This document shows positions 1 through 17,476 of a stretch of 64,000 bases of DNA, in pieces. Position 1 is the stretch's first letter. Every line of letters starts with the position of its first letter. The stretch lies in NCBI RefSeq assembly GCF_036507355.1, contig NZ_AP027877.1; one strand, 5' to 3'. The position numbers were made by a program, and so were the translations under genes. The DNA is from Escherichia coli. GTDB lineage: Bacteria; Pseudomonadota; Gammaproteobacteria; Enterobacterales; Enterobacteriaceae. The notes under the pieces were generated by a model, which worked only from the letters and a program-made list of their open reading frames with translations, had not been told where the DNA came from and made no database searches.

Positions 1-2045
1 GCTTCTTCGGTATCCTGCTCGATAAACTCAGTAATGCCTTTGACCAACGAGTATTCCAGACGTTTATTCACTTCCCACGAGCGCCACTCCGCCTGCTGGG
101 CGTTAGCGGTGTCGTCGGTTTTGCTGCCGCGATATTTCTCGGCAAGCTCCAGTAAACGCTCGGTGCCATCATCGCGACGGTTGAGGATCACATCCTCCAC
201 CGCGTCGCGCAGTTCAGCGGGCAGGTCGTCGTAAATCGCCAGTTGCCCGGCGTTGACAATCCCCATATCCATGCCGTTGCGGATGGCGTAGTAGAGGAAC
301 ACCGCGTGAATAGCTTCGCGCACCGGATCGTTGCCACGGAACGAGAACGAGACGTTAGAGACGCCGCCGGAAATTAGCGCGTGCGGCAGTTCGCGTTTGA
401 TGTCTTCACACGCGCCGATAAAGTCCTGCGCGTAGTTATTGTGCTCTTCAATGCCGGTGGCAACCGCGAAGATGTTCGGGTCGAAGATGATATCTTCTGG
501 CGGGAAGCCAACCTCTTCGGTGAGGATGTTGTACGCCCGACGGCAAATCTCGATTTTCCGTGCGCGGGTATCGGCCTGCCCCTGTTCGTCAAAGGCCATT
601 ACCACCACTGCCGCACCGTAACGACGCAACAATTTCGCGTGATGGATAAAAGCGTCGACGCCCTCTTTCATCGAGATAGAGTTAACAATGCCTTTGCCCT
701 GGATACACTTCAGACCTTTTTCAATGACATCCCATTTTGAGGAGTCGATCATAATCGGCACGCGAGCGATATCCGGTTCACCGGCAATCAGATTGAGAAA
801 ACGCACCATCGCCGCTTCGGCATCGAGCATCCCTTCATCCATGTTGATATCGATAATCTGCGCGCCGTTTTCCACCTGCTGACGCGCTACATCCAGCGCC
901 TCGCTGTATTTCTCTTCTTTGATCAGGCGCTTGAACTTAGCGGAACCGGTGACGTTGGTGCGTTCACCCACGTTCACAAACAGGCTATCTTCGCCAATGT
1001 TCAGCGGCTCCAGGCCGGACAAACGGCAGGCTACGGGGATTTCCGGCAGTTTGCGCGGCGCTAATCCTTCTACTGCACGACTCATCGCTGCAATATGTTG
1101 TGGCGTGGTGCCACAGCAGCCGCCGACGATATTGAGAAAACCCGCTTGCGCCCATTCACGTATCTGTTTTGCCATCGTGTCGGCGTCGAGATCGTACTCA
1201 CCAAAGGCGTTGGGTAGCCCGGCGTTCGGGTGCGCGGTGACGTAGCATTCCGCAATCCGTGACAGCTCCTGCACGTACTGGCGCAGTTCATCTGGCCCCA
1301 GCGCACAGTTCAGGCCAAAGGTCAGCGCTTCGGCGTGGCGCAATGAGTTGTAAAATGCTTCGGTGGTCTGCCCGGAGAGCGTGCGCCCGGAGGCGTCGGT
1401 GATGGTGCCGGAGATCATAATCGGCAGCTCAACGCCCAGCGCTTCAAACTCCGTTTTCACCGCAAAAACCGCCGCTTTGGCGTTAAGGGTGTCGAAAACG
1501 GTTTCAATCAGGATCAGATCCGCACCACCTTCCACCAGCGCTTTGGTGGATTCGCGATAGGCCGCCACCAGCTGGTCAAAAGTGATGTTGCGGAATGCCG
1601 GATCGTTGACGTCCGGAGAAATAGACGCCGTGCGGTTGGTCGGGCCGAGAACACCGGCAACGTAGCGCGGTTTCTCTGGCGTGCGCGCGGTCCACTCATC
1701 AGCACAGGCGCGCGCCAGTTTCGCCGCCGCAAAGTTGATTTCCGCCGACAGGGATTCCATCTGGTAATCCGCCATCGCAATGGTCGTGGAGTTGAAGGTG
1801 TTGGTTTCGATGATATCCGCACCCGCTTCAAAGTAGGCGTTGTGGATAGCGGCGATCACTTCCGGTTTACTGAGTACCAGCAGGTCGTTGTTGCCTTTGA
1901 GGTCGCATGGCCAGTCGGCAAAGCGTTCACCACGAAAATCGGCTTCGTTCAGTCGATAGCTCTGGATCATGGTGCCCATACCGCCGTCCAGCACCAGAAT
2001 ACGTTCATTTAACTGCGCACGCAGTTGTTCCACTTTGCTGCTCAC
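1..2045 (-). CDS. metH: Methionine synthase (B12-dependent), N-terminal ~680 codons; 3' part lies beyond window start
   Basis: Reverse-complement of window start translates to [39 protein letters not shown]; reverse-complement near 2045 gives [15 protein letters not shown] with GTG start. Open to window edge so absent from ORF track. Confidence 0.88.
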
Positions 2046-2243
2046 ACTTGCTCCCGACACGCTCAACCCAGATTTAATAAAAATTCAACAAACCATACTG
2101 GCATAAACGCATCAGTGGTAAAAGCGACCACCACGCAATATGAGATTTGTTCAACATTAACTCATCGGATCAGTGTGGCAACTATTGCATTACACCACAA
2201 TAAAAATGAAAATGATTTCCACGATACAGAAAAGGAGACTGTC

Positions 2244-3068
2244 ATGGTCGCACCCATTCCCGCAAAACGCGGCAGAAAACCCGCCGTTGCCACCGCACCA
2301 GCGACTGGACAGGTTCAGTCTTTAACGCGTGGGCTGAAATTACTGGAGTGGATTGCCGAATCCAATGGCAGTGTGGCTCTTACGGAACTGGCACAGCAAG
2401 CCGGATTACCTAATTCCACTACTCACCGCCTGCTAACCACGATGCAACAACAGGGCTTTGTCCGTCAGGTTGGTGAACTGGGTCACTGGGCGATCGGCGC
2501 ACATGCTTTTATGGTCGGCAGTAGCTTTCTCCAGAGCCGTAATTTGTTAGCCATTGTCCATCCTATTCTGCGCAATCTGATGGAAGAGTCTGGCGAAACG
2601 GTAAATATGGCAGTGCTGGATCATAGCGATCACGAAGCGATTATTATCGACCAGGTACAGTGTACGCATCTGATGCGTATGTCAGCCCCTATCGGCGGTA
2701 AGTTACCAATGCATGCCTCTGGTGCCGGTAAAGCTTTTTTAGCCCAACTGAGCGAAGAACAGGTGACGAAACTTCTGCATCGCAAAGGCTTACATGCCTA
2801 TACCCACGCGACGCTGGTGTCTCCTGTGCATTTAAAAGAGGACCTCGCCCAGACGCGTAAACGTGGCTATTCATTTGACGATGAAGAACATGCGCTGGGG
2901 CTTCGTTGCCTCGCGGCGTGTATTTTCGATGAACACCGCGAACCATTTGCCGCAATTTCGATTTCCGGGCCGATTTCACGTATTACCGATGATCGCGTAA
3001 CCGAGTTTGGCGCGATGGTGATTAAAGCGGCGAAGGAAGTAACGCTGGCGTATGGCGGAATGCGGTGA
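2244..3068 (+). CDS. iclR: IclR transcriptional repressor of aceBAK (274 aa)
   Basis: ORF 2025..3068 contains MVAPIPAKRGRKPAVATAPATGQVQSLTRGLKLLEWIAE; ATG at 2244 preceded by aaaggag RBS; divergent from metH. Confidence 0.93.
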   Translation: MVAPIPAKRGRKPAVATAPATGQVQSLTRGLKLLEWIAESNGSVALTELAQQAGLPNSTTHRLLTTMQQQGFVRQVGELGHWAIGAHAFMVGSSFLQSRNLLAIVHPILRNLMEESGETVNMAVLDHSDHEAIIIDQVQCTHLMRMSAPIGGKLPMHASGAGKAFLAQLSEEQVTKLLHRKGLHAYTHATLVSPVHLKEDLAQTRKRGYSFDDEEHALGLRCLAACIFDEHREPFAAISISGPISRITDDRVTEFGAMVIKAAKEVTLAYGGMR

Positions 3069-3084
3069 CATTTTCGCCTCTGAT

Positions 3085-4809
<1,725 letters not shown>

Positions 4810-4837
4810 TTAGCGCCCTCATCAGGAGCAGAGAATT

Positions 4838-4969
4838 GCCGGATGCGGCGTAAACGCCTTATCCAGCCTACGTTCGGCAACGGTTGTAGGCATGATAAGA
4901 CGCGCAAGCGTCGCATCAGGCATCGTGCACCGATTGCCGGATGCGGCGTAAATGCCTTATCCGGCCTAC
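4838..4969. repeat. REP/BIME cluster: three REP units (4838-4871, 4886-4921 inverted, 4936-4969) in aceA-aceK intergenic
   Basis: Two copies of gccggatgcggcgtaaa(c/t)gccttatcc(a/g)gcctac flank an inverted gtaggcatgataagacgcgcaagcgtcgcatcaggc unit; classic REP palindromes. Confidence 0.85.
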
Positions 4970-4992
4970 AGTCAGCAACGTTTGTAGGTTGC

Positions 4993-6297
4993 TTAGAACT
5001 GCGATTCTTCAGTGGAGCCGGTCAGCGCGGTGACTGAAGACGTGCCGCCCTGAATAATGGTCGTCACTTTATCGAAGTAACCTGTACCCACTTCCTGCTG
5101 GTGAGATACGAAGGTGTAGCCATCTTTCGCGGCGGCGAATTCCGGCTGCTGCACTTTCTCAACATAGTGCTTCATACCCTCGCCCTGGGCATAGGCGTTT
5201 GCCAGGTCAAACATGTTGAACCACATGCTGTGGATACCTGCCAGGGTGATGAACTGGAACTTGTAGCCCATATCCGACAGCTGCTGCTGGAAGCTGGCAA
5301 TAGTGTTGTCGTCGAGGTTTTTCTGCCAGTTGAACGACGGCGAGCAGTTATAAGCCAGCAGTTTGCCCGGATATTTCGCGTGGATGGCTTGTGCAAAGCG
5401 ACGCGCCAGTTCCAGATCCGGCGTGGAGGTTTCACACCATACCAGGTCAGCATATGGCGCATACGCCAGGCCACGGCTGATCGCTTGCTCAATGCCCGCA
5501 TGAGTACGGAAGAAGCCTTCACTGGTACGCTCGCCGGTAATAAATTCGCTGTCATACGGGTCGCAATCGGAGGTAATCAGATCCGCCGCATCGGCATCGG
5601 TACGAGCAACCAGTAGGGTTGGAACGCCCGTCACGTCAGCTGCCAGACGCGCCGCGACCAGTTTCTGAATAGCTTCTTGAGTTGGCACCAAAACTTTGCC
5701 GCCCATGTGACCGCATTTCTTCACTGACGCCAGCTGATCTTCGAAGTGAACTGCCGCTGCACCGGCTTCAATCATCGCTTTCATCAGTTCAAAGGCATTC
5801 AGGACACCGCCAAAACCGGCTTCCGCATCGGCAACGATCGGCAGGAAGTAATCGACATAGCGCGGATCGCCCGGCTCAATGCCCGCGGACCATTGGATCT
5901 GATCCGCACGGCGGAAAGTATTGTTGATCCGCTCCACCACCGCTGGCACCGAGTTCGCCGGGTAGAGCGACTGATCCGGATACATGCTGGCCGCCAGGTT
6001 AGCGTCCGCCGCTACCTGCCATCCCGACAGATAGACCGCTTCAATACCCGCTTTCGCCTGTTGCAGCGCCTGACCGCCAGTCAATGCACCGAGGCTGTTG
6101 ATGTAGCCTTTTTTCGACTCGCCATGCAGCAGACGCCACATTTTCGCCGCGCCCAGTTGCGCCAGCGTGCATTCAGGATTGACTGAACCGCGTAATTTCA
6201 CCACATCTTCCGCGCTGTATGGGCGAGTAATGCCTTCCCAACGCGGTTGAGTCCACTCTTTCTGTAATTCTTCAATTTGTTGTGTACGGGTTTTCAT
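4993..6297 (-). CDS. aceA: Isocitrate lyase (434 aa)
   Basis: ORF 4993..6312 contains [39 protein letters not shown]; start taken at MKTRTQQ (ATG 6295-6297 minus). Confidence 0.94.
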   Translation of the reverse strand: MKTRTQQIEELQKEWTQPRWEGITRPYSAEDVVKLRGSVNPECTLAQLGAAKMWRLLHGESKKGYINSLGALTGGQALQQAKAGIEAVYLSGWQVAADANLAASMYPDQSLYPANSVPAVVERINNTFRRADQIQWSAGIEPGDPRYVDYFLPIVADAEAGFGGVLNAFELMKAMIEAGAAAVHFEDQLASVKKCGHMGGKVLVPTQEAIQKLVAARLAADVTGVPTLLVARTDADAADLITSDCDPYDSEFITGERTSEGFFRTHAGIEQAISRGLAYAPYADLVWCETSTPDLELARRFAQAIHAKYPGKLLAYNCSPSFNWQKNLDDNTIASFQQQLSDMGYKFQFITLAGIHSMWFNMFDLANAYAQGEGMKHYVEKVQQPEFAAAKDGYTFVSHQQEVGTGYFDKVTTIIQGGTSSVTALTGSTEESQF

Positions 6298-6326
6298 GTG
6301 CAGATGCTCCATAGTTATGTGGTGGT

Positions 6327-7928
6327 TTACGCTAACAGGCGATAGCCTGGCAGGGTCAGGAAATCAATTAACTCATCGGAAGTGGTGATCTGTTCCATCA
6401 AGCGTGCGGCATCGTCAAAACGCCCCTGGGAGAAACGTTCTGCGCCCAGTTCGCTGGCAATGACTTTCATCTCTTCGCCCAGCATCTGGCGGAACAAGGC
6501 TTTAGTTACCGGTTTGCCATTGCTCAACATTTTTTGATGATGGATCCACTGCCAGATCGAGGTACGGGAAATTTCAGCCGTCGCCGCATCTTCCATCAGG
6601 CCATAAATCGGCACACAGCCGTTGCCAGAGATCCACGCTTCGATGTACTGCACGGCTACGCGAATATTTGCGCGCATACCTTCTTCGGTGCGTTCACCGT
6701 CACAAGGTGCCAGTAGCTGATCGGCAGTAATCGGCGCGTCTTGTTCGCGCATCACTTCAAGCTGATTTTTACGGGAGCCGAGAATGTCGTTGAATACCGC
6801 CATTGCCGTATCCGCAAGGCCTGGGTGAGCGATCCATGTGCCATCGTGACCGTTATTGGCTTCCAGCGATTTATCCGCTTTTACTTTGTTGAGCACCTGG
6901 TTATTGTGCTCTTCATCTTTGCTCGGAATAAACGCCGCCATGCCGCCCATCGCAAAAGCACCGCGTTTATGGCAGGTTTTAATCAACAGGCGTGAGTAAG
7001 CATTCAGGAATGGTTTATCCATCGTTACTGCCTGTCTGTCTGGCAGGACGCGATCGGGATAGTTTTTCAACGTTTTGATATAGCTGAAGATGTAATCCCA
7101 ACGACCGCAGTTCAGACCAACAATATGGTCACGCAGCGCGTGAAGGATTTCATCCATCTGGAACACGGCGGGCAGCGTTTCAATCAGCAACGTCGCCTTG
7201 ATGGTGCCGCGCGGCAGATTAAAGCGATCTTCTGCATAGCTGAAGACTTCGCTCCACCAGGCCGCTTCCTGCCAGGACTGGGTTTTCGGCAGATAGAAAT
7301 AGGGACCACTGCCCTTTGCCAACAGTGCCTGATAGTTGTGGAAGAAATAGAGCGCAAAATCAAACAGGCTGCCGGGGATTGCCTCACCACGCCAGGTGAC
7401 ATGTTTTTCCGGCAAGTGCAGACCGCGTACCCGACAAATCAAAACCGCTGGATTGGGCTTGAGCTGGTAAATTTTGCCTGCTTCATTCGTGTAACTGATG
7501 GTGCCGTTAACCGCATCGCGCAGGTTAATTTGCCCGTCGATCACTTTGTTCCAGTCTGGTGCCAGTGAATCTTCGAAATCGGCCATAAAGACTTTCACAT
7601 TGGCGTTCAGTGCGTTGATCACCATCTTGCGCTCAACCGGGCCAGTTATCTCGACTCGACGATCTTGTAAGTCCGCGGGAATACCACGAATTTTCCAGTC
7701 TGTATCGCGAATGGAAGCTGTTTCCGAAATAAAATCAGGCAACGTTCCGTTATCAATATCTTGCTGCTGCTGAATGCGCGCTGCCAGAAGTTTATTGCGT
7801 TGTGGCGTAAAATGCGTCACCAGCTCAGTCAGAAATTCTACCGCTTCGGCAGTAAGAATTTGCTTCTCCTGCTCGCCATACGGCCTTATGAAAGCCAGTT
7901 CATCGGTTGTTGTTGCCTGTTCAGTCAT
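6327..7928 (-). CDS. aceB: Malate synthase A (533 aa)
   Basis: ORF 6327..7946 contains [25 protein letters not shown]; start taken at MTEQ (reverse-complement ATG at 7926-7928). Confidence 0.94.
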   Translation of the reverse strand: MTEQATTTDELAFIRPYGEQEKQILTAEAVEFLTELVTHFTPQRNKLLAARIQQQQDIDNGTLPDFISETASIRDTDWKIRGIPADLQDRRVEITGPVERKMVINALNANVKVFMADFEDSLAPDWNKVIDGQINLRDAVNGTISYTNEAGKIYQLKPNPAVLICRVRGLHLPEKHVTWRGEAIPGSLFDFALYFFHNYQALLAKGSGPYFYLPKTQSWQEAAWWSEVFSYAEDRFNLPRGTIKATLLIETLPAVFQMDEILHALRDHIVGLNCGRWDYIFSYIKTLKNYPDRVLPDRQAVTMDKPFLNAYSRLLIKTCHKRGAFAMGGMAAFIPSKDEEHNNQVLNKVKADKSLEANNGHDGTWIAHPGLADTAMAVFNDILGSRKNQLEVMREQDAPITADQLLAPCDGERTEEGMRANIRVAVQYIEAWISGNGCVPIYGLMEDAATAEISRTSIWQWIHHQKMLSNGKPVTKALFRQMLGEEMKVIASELGAERFSQGRFDDAARLMEQITTSDELIDFLTLPGYRLLA

Positions 7929-8100
7929 CGTGCAGCTCCTCGTCATGGATCCGAAAACTTCCCCACTGTGAACGAAGGATCGTTGTGCGCTTTTCGTTCA
8001 GCACAACTAAGACTACTCATTTAAAATGCAAAATCAAAAACAATTTCCATTTTAATTAAAAATACTTGATAACTTATTGATAACAATATGAATAAAATTT
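7929..8100 (-). promoter_or_regulatory. aceBAK promoter/operator region (AT-rich; expected IclR/IHF sites)
   Basis: AT-rich tract directly upstream of aceB start (caaaaacaatttccattttaattaaaaatacttgataac). Individual boxes not resolved; assignment by position only. Confidence 0.4.
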
Positions 8101-8124
8101 ATTCACCTCCTGAGGTGCGTTTCG

Positions 8125-8155
8125 GAAATAAAAAAGGCACCCGAAGGTGCCTGAG
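8125..8155 (-). terminator. Rho-independent terminator downstream of metA
   Basis: Minus-strand transcript has GGCACCTTCGGGTGCC hairpin followed by TTTTTTATTT; sits ~45 bp past metA stop. Confidence 0.7.
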
Positions 8156-8196
8156 GTAAGGTGCTGAATCGCTTAACGATCGACTATCACAGAAGA

Positions 8197-9126
8197 TTAA
8201 TCCAGCGTTGGATTCATGTGCCGTAGATCGTATGGCGTGATCTGATAGACGTAATAGTTGAGCCAGTTGGTAAACAGCAAATTACCGTGACTACGCCAGC
8301 TCGCTCGCGGTGTATTTTGCGGATCATTGTGCGGGAAATAGTTATACGGTACTTCCGGGTCTAGTCCGGCTTCCACATCGCGGAAAAATTCCTGCGCCAG
8401 CGTTTGCGCATCATATTCGGGATGGCCCGTCACAAAGGCAATGCGCTTATCTTTACTGGCAAACAGATATGCATCCCCTTCTTCCGTCTCTGCCAGAATT
8501 TCCAGATCGGTGTAATCACGAATCAACGCTGCCGGAAAGTCAGCATAGCGCGAATGCGGTGCCAGGAATGAATCATCAAAGCCACGCGTCAGAAGCGCAT
8601 GAGGATGGAGAATATGATGCTCGTAAACGCCAGAGAGTTTGTCGGTGCGAGTTTGCTTAGGAATGCCGTAGAGGATATTGAGCGCGGCCTGTACCGCCCA
8701 GCAGACAAACAGCGTCGAGGTGACGTGATCTTTCGACCACTCCAGCACCTGTTTGATCTGCGGCCAGTAAGCAACATCATTAAACTCCACCAGGCCCAGC
8801 GGCGCACCGGTTACAATCAGACCGTCAAAGTTCTGTTCCTGAATATCTTCAAAGTTACAGTAGAAGTTGTTCAGATGCTCTGCGGGCGTGTTGCGCGATT
8901 CACGGGAATCGATGCGCAACAGCTGAATATCGACCTGCAAAGGTGAGTTTGAAAGCAGGCGCAGAAACTGATTTTCAGTTTCAATCTTCTTCGGCATCAG
9001 GTTAAGGATAAGCACCTTTAGCGGACGAATTTCCTGACCAGACGCGCGAGAAGTTGTCATTACAAAGACGTTTTCTTCACGCAAGAAATTGACGGCGGGT
9101 AGCTCGTCCGGCACACGAATCGGCAT
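8197..9126 (-). CDS. metA: Homoserine O-succinyltransferase (309 aa)
   Basis: ORF translation [53 protein letters not shown]. Confidence 0.94.
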   Translation of the reverse strand: MPIRVPDELPAVNFLREENVFVMTTSRASGQEIRPLKVLILNLMPKKIETENQFLRLLSNSPLQVDIQLLRIDSRESRNTPAEHLNNFYCNFEDIQEQNFDGLIVTGAPLGLVEFNDVAYWPQIKQVLEWSKDHVTSTLFVCWAVQAALNILYGIPKQTRTDKLSGVYEHHILHPHALLTRGFDDSFLAPHSRYADFPAALIRDYTDLEILAETEEGDAYLFASKDKRIAFVTGHPEYDAQTLAQEFFRDVEAGLDPEVPYNYFPHNDPQNTPRASWRSHGNLLFTNWLNYYVYQITPYDLRHMNPTLD

Positions 9127-9282
9127 AACCTGATTACCTCACTACATACGCTTATACGTTTAGACATCCAGATAGCTGAAGATAACCAGAAAATTTGCCA
9201 ATGTCGAGCCTGCATGTTGAAGGTGAGAAAGTTTCAAGGAAAAGACTACGTTAGAATATAAGAATGACTAAAAGGAGAGAAA

Positions 9283-9726
9283 ATGGTTATTAGTATTCGC
9301 CGCTCGCAGCATGAAGAGAGTGAAAAACTGATTGCGATTTGGTGTCGCTCGGTCGATGCCACCCACGATTTTTTGTCCGCAGAGTATCGGGCCGAACTGG
9401 AAGAACTGGTGCGTTCCTTTCTGCCGGAAGCACCGTTGTGGGTCGCGGTTAATGAGCGGGAACAGCCGGTTGGGTTTATGTTGTTAAGTGGGCAGCATAT
9501 GGATGCGCTGTTTATCGATCCTGATGTGCGCGGCTGCGGCGTGGGCCGGATGCTGGTGAAGCATGCGCTCTCAATGGCCCCGGAACTGACAACCAACGTT
9601 AATGAGCAAAATGAGCAGGCGGTTGGGTTCTATAAGAAGGTGGGTTTTAAGGTTACGGGACGCTCTGAGGTGGACGATTTGGGGAAACCGTATCCGTTGC
9701 TGAATCTGGCGTATGTGGGGGCGTAG
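9283..9726 (+). CDS. yjaB: GNAT-family N-acetyltransferase YjaB (147 aa)
   Basis: ORF translation MVISIRRSQHEESEKLIAIWCRSVDATHDFLSAEYRAELEEL...; aaaaggagag RBS upstream; divergent from metA. Confidence 0.9.
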   Translation: MVISIRRSQHEESEKLIAIWCRSVDATHDFLSAEYRAELEELVRSFLPEAPLWVAVNEREQPVGFMLLSGQHMDALFIDPDVRGCGVGRMLVKHALSMAPELTTNVNEQNEQAVGFYKKVGFKVTGRSEVDDLGKPYPLLNLAYVGA

Positions 9727-9789
9727 GTGATTTTTTTCTCATCCCGGTGGGCTGAACTTCAGGTTTCGTACCCACCAATGGTGACACGA

Positions 9790-10173
9790 TTATTTCTGCT
9801 TAAGCATTGCCATGACCGCACTATCACTGAGTACCGCTGATTGCGCATGGATGTGGAACTGGCGATATTTCATTAACGTTGCCCCAGCGACCACTTCATG
9901 GAGAATGCGTTCCTCAACCTGTGACAAACCGCCCTCATTCATTTCCAGCGCGCTCACAACAATATCCATACGTTTTGCTGGCAAAAAAGAATGCCAGGTT
10001 GAACGTGGGTGGAGTTGCAGAACAAGATCTTGCAGAACTTTTTCTGCAACAAAGAAATTGGCGATTAACAGGCGCTGGTTACTGAAGGCAGCGTCTCCTG
10101 ACACTTCACGTTTGCTTTCAAGATCGCGAACAGTAATTTGATTACGACGAATTTGGATATACAGAACTGACAT
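9790..10173 (-). CDS. yjaA: YjaA stress-response protein (127 aa)
   Basis: ORF 9790..10209 contains MSVLYIQIRRNQITVRDLESKREVSGDAAFSNQRLLIANFF; start taken at internal MSVLY (reverse-complement ATG at 10171-10173). Confidence 0.88.
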   Translation of the reverse strand: MSVLYIQIRRNQITVRDLESKREVSGDAAFSNQRLLIANFFVAEKVLQDLVLQLHPRSTWHSFLPAKRMDIVVSALEMNEGGLSQVEERILHEVVAGATLMKYRQFHIHAQSAVLSDSAVMAMLKQK

Positions 10174-10207
10174 GAGATTCCCTTCATCATGCAAATAATT
10201 GATATGC

Positions 10208-10240
10208 AAAAAACCCCGGCCTTATGGACCGGGGTTTTTC
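10208..10240 (-). terminator. rrnE operon terminator
   Basis: Minus-strand AAAAACCCCGGTCCATAAGGCCGGGGTTTTTT immediately 3' of 5S rRNA. Confidence 0.75.
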
Positions 10241-10247
10241 TAATTTG

Positions 10248-10367
10248 ATGCCTGGCAGTTCCCTACTCTCGCATGGGGAGACCCCACACTACCATCGGCG
10301 CTACGGCGTTTCACTTCTGAGTTCGGCATGGGGTCAGGTGGGACCACCGCGCTACGGCCGCCAGGCA
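10248..10367 (-). rRNA. rrfE: 5S ribosomal RNA
   Basis: Reverse-complement is the canonical E. coli 5S sequence (TGCCTGGCGGCCGTAGCGCGGTGGTCCCACCTGACCCCATGCCGAACTCAG...CATGCGAGAGTAGGGAACTGCCAGGCAT), 120 nt. Confidence 0.97.
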
Positions 10368-10460
10368 AATTCTGTTTTATCAGACCGCTTCTGCGTTCTG
10401 ATTTAATCTGTATCAGGCTGAAAATCTTCTCTCAATCCGCCAAAACAGCTTCGGCGTTGT

Positions 10461-13363
<2,903 letters not shown>

Positions 13364-13556
13364 TCACAACCCGAAGATGTTTCTTTCGATTCATCATCGT
13401 GTTGCGAAAATTTGAGAGACTCACGAACAACTCTCGTTGTTCAGTGTTTCAATTTTCAGCTTGATCCAGATTTTTAAAGAGCAAATATCTCAAACATCAC
13501 CCGAAGATGAGTTTTGAGATATTAAGGTCGGCGACTTTCACTCACAAACCAGCAAG

Positions 13557-13632
13557 TGGCGTCCCCTAGGGGATTCGAACCCCTGTTACCGCCGTGAAAG
13601 GGCGGTGTCCTGGGCCTCTAGACGAAGGGGAC
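13557..13632 (-). tRNA. gltV: tRNA-Glu (UUC) in 16S-23S spacer
   Basis: Reverse-complement GTCCCCTTCGTCTAGAGGCCCAGGACACCGCCCTTTCACGGCGGTAACAGGGGTTCGAATCCCCTAGGGGACGCCA, 76 nt. Confidence 0.96.
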
Positions 13633-13717
13633 GTATCAGTCTGCTTCGCAAGACGCCTTGCTTTTCACTTTCTATCAGACAATCTGTGTGAGCACTACAA
13701 AGAACGCTTCTTTAAGG

Positions 13718-15259
<1,542 letters not shown>

Positions 15260-15442
15260 AAAAATTTGATGCTCAAAGAATTAAACTTCGTAATGAATTA
15301 CGTGTTCACTCTTGAGACTTGGTATTCATTTTTCGTCTTGCGACGTTAAGAATCCGTATCTTCGAGTGCCCACACAGATTGTCTGATAAATTGTTAAAGA
15401 GCAGTTGCGACGCGGCTTTCAGCTCACTGTCGCGAGGTGGCG

Positions 15443-15581
15443 TATATTACGCTTTCCTCTTTCAGAGTCAACCCTGAATTTCAGAATTTTTCTCTTCAAC
15501 CGAACCGGCTGTTTATGTGAAGTGATTCACATCCGCCGTGTCGATGGAGGCGCATTATAGGGAGTTCTCCGCAGGCCGCAA
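15443..15581 (-). promoter_or_regulatory. rrnE tandem promoters P1 and P2
   Basis: Minus strand: P1 TTGCGG-N-TATAAT (-35 15576-15581, -10 15554-15559); P2 TTGACT-N-TAATATA (-35 15466-15471, -10 15443-15449). Confidence 0.7.
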
Positions 15582-15752
15582 TAGAAAAATTGCAGAAAAA
15601 TGACTGACTGCTGCATTCCCCAGCAAAAGCCCGCTTTATACCTTTTTACGCACAGAGTTATCCACAATCATCAATGTAATTTCTGTATTTTTCCCACGGT
15701 AACCACTGTCAAAATTGTGATCACCATTGAAAGAGAAAAATTCGCGAGCGTT

Positions 15753-15768
15753 GCGCAAACGTTTTCGT
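15753..15768 (+). promoter_or_regulatory. PurR operator (PUR box) upstream of purHD
   Basis: gcgcaaacgttttcgt matches the PurR consensus aCGCAAACGtTTtCnT; followed by tacaat -10-like hexamer. Confidence 0.7.
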
Positions 15769-15875
15769 TACAATGCGGGCGAAAAATAAGGATGCCCCGT
15801 TAGGGGCGTTAGCTGAGTTTTTCGCGAAAAATTCAGCTAACGCTCTCTGTAATAGTCAAATCCAGGGGATTTACC

Positions 15876-17465
15876 ATGCAACAACGTCGTCCAGTCCGCC
15901 GCGCTCTGCTCAGTGTTTCTGACAAAGCCGGTATCGTCGAATTCGCCCAGGCACTTTCCGCACGCGGTGTGGAGCTGCTGTCTACAGGGGGCACTGCCCG
16001 TCTGTTAGCAGAAAAAGGTCTGCCGGTAACCGAAGTTTCCGATTACACCGGTTTCCCGGAGATGATGGATGGACGCGTGAAGACCCTACATCCGAAAGTA
16101 CATGGTGGCATTCTGGGCCGTCGCGGTCAGGACGATGCCATTATGGAAGAACATCAGATCCAGCCTATCGATATGGTGGTTGTTAACCTGTATCCGTTCG
16201 CCCAGACCGTGGCCCGTGAAGGCTGCTCGCTGGAAGATGCGGTTGAGAACATCGATATCGGCGGCCCGACCATGGTGCGCTCCGCCGCTAAGAACCATAA
16301 AGATGTCGCAATCGTGGTGAAGAGCAGCGACTACGACGCCATTATTAAAGAGATGGATGCCAACGAAGGATCGCTGACGCTTGCAACCCGTTTCGACCTC
16401 GCCATCAAAGCCTTCGAACACACTGCCGCCTACGACAGCATGATTGCCAACTACTTCGGCAGCATGGTTCCGGCTTACCACGGTGAAAGCAAAGAAGCCG
16501 CCGGTCGCTTCCCACGCACGCTGAACCTGAACTTCATTAAGAAGCAGGATATGCGTTACGGCGAGAACAGCCACCAGCAGGCTGCCTTCTATATAGAAGA
16601 GAATGTGAAAGAAGCCTCCGTTGCTACCGCAACCCAGGTTCAGGGTAAAGCCCTCTCTTATAACAACATCGCCGATACCGATGCGGCGCTGGAGTGCGTG
16701 AAAGAGTTCGCCGAGCCGACATGTGTGATTGTGAAGCACGCCAACCCTTGCGGCGTGGCTATCGGCAATTCCATTCTTGATGCTTACGATCGCGCGTACA
16801 AAACCGACCCAACCTCCGCATTCGGCGGCATCATTGCCTTTAACCGCGAGCTGGATGCGGAAACCGCACAGGCCATCATTTCTCGTCAGTTTGTCGAAGT
16901 GATTATTGCGCCTTCCGCCAGCGAAGAAGCCCTGAAAATCACCGCCGCCAAGCAGAACGTACGCGTTCTGACCTGCGGTCAGTGGGGCGAGCGTGTTCCG
17001 GGTCTTGATTTCAAACGCGTGAACGGCGGTCTGCTGGTTCAGGATCGTGACCTGGGGATGGTCGGTGCGGAAGAACTGCGCGTCGTCACCCAACGTCAGC
17101 CGACCGAACAGGAACTGCGTGATGCGCTGTTCTGCTGGAAAGTGGCGAAGTTCGTGAAATCCAATGCTATCGTCTATGCCAAAAACAATATGACCATCGG
17201 TATTGGCGCGGGCCAGATGAGCCGCGTGTACTCCGCGAAAATTGCCGGTATTAAAGCTGCCGATGAAGGTCTGGAAGTGAAAGGTTCCTCTATGGCCTCC
17301 GATGCATTCTTCCCGTTTCGTGACGGTATTGATGCTGCCGCTGCCGCAGGCGTGACCTGTGTGATCCAGCCTGGCGGTTCTATTCGTGATGACGAAGTGA
17401 TTGCCGCTGCCGACGAGCACGGTATTGCAATGCTCTTCACCGATATGCGCCACTTCCGCCATTAA
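15876..17465 (+). CDS. purH: Bifunctional AICAR transformylase / IMP cyclohydrolase (529 aa)
   Basis: ORF translation [54 protein letters not shown]. Confidence 0.95.
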   Translation: MQQRRPVRRALLSVSDKAGIVEFAQALSARGVELLSTGGTARLLAEKGLPVTEVSDYTGFPEMMDGRVKTLHPKVHGGILGRRGQDDAIMEEHQIQPIDMVVVNLYPFAQTVAREGCSLEDAVENIDIGGPTMVRSAAKNHKDVAIVVKSSDYDAIIKEMDANEGSLTLATRFDLAIKAFEHTAAYDSMIANYFGSMVPAYHGESKEAAGRFPRTLNLNFIKKQDMRYGENSHQQAAFYIEENVKEASVATATQVQGKALSYNNIADTDAALECVKEFAEPTCVIVKHANPCGVAIGNSILDAYDRAYKTDPTSAFGGIIAFNRELDAETAQAIISRQFVEVIIAPSASEEALKITAAKQNVRVLTCGQWGERVPGLDFKRVNGGLLVQDRDLGMVGAEELRVVTQRQPTEQELRDALFCWKVAKFVKSNAIVYAKNNMTIGIGAGQMSRVYSAKIAGIKAADEGLEVKGSSMASDAFFPFRDGIDAAAAAGVTCVIQPGGSIRDDEVIAAADEHGIAMLFTDMRHFRH

Positions 17466-17476
17466 TGGAGCGACAG

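Noticed and set aside
2025-2243. N-terminal extension of iclR in the ORF track (347 aa versus 274 aa)
   Set aside because: The extension starts inside the metH/iclR divergent promoter region, has no RBS, and the conserved IclR N-terminus MVAPIPAKRG begins at the internal ATG (2244) preceded by aaaggag.
9127-9282. Possible MetJ boxes in the metA/yjaB divergent promoter (agacatcc, agatagct)
   Set aside because: Matches to the AGACGTCT consensus are only 5-6 of 8 and I could not place a convincing tandem array by eye; left unannotated rather than guessed.
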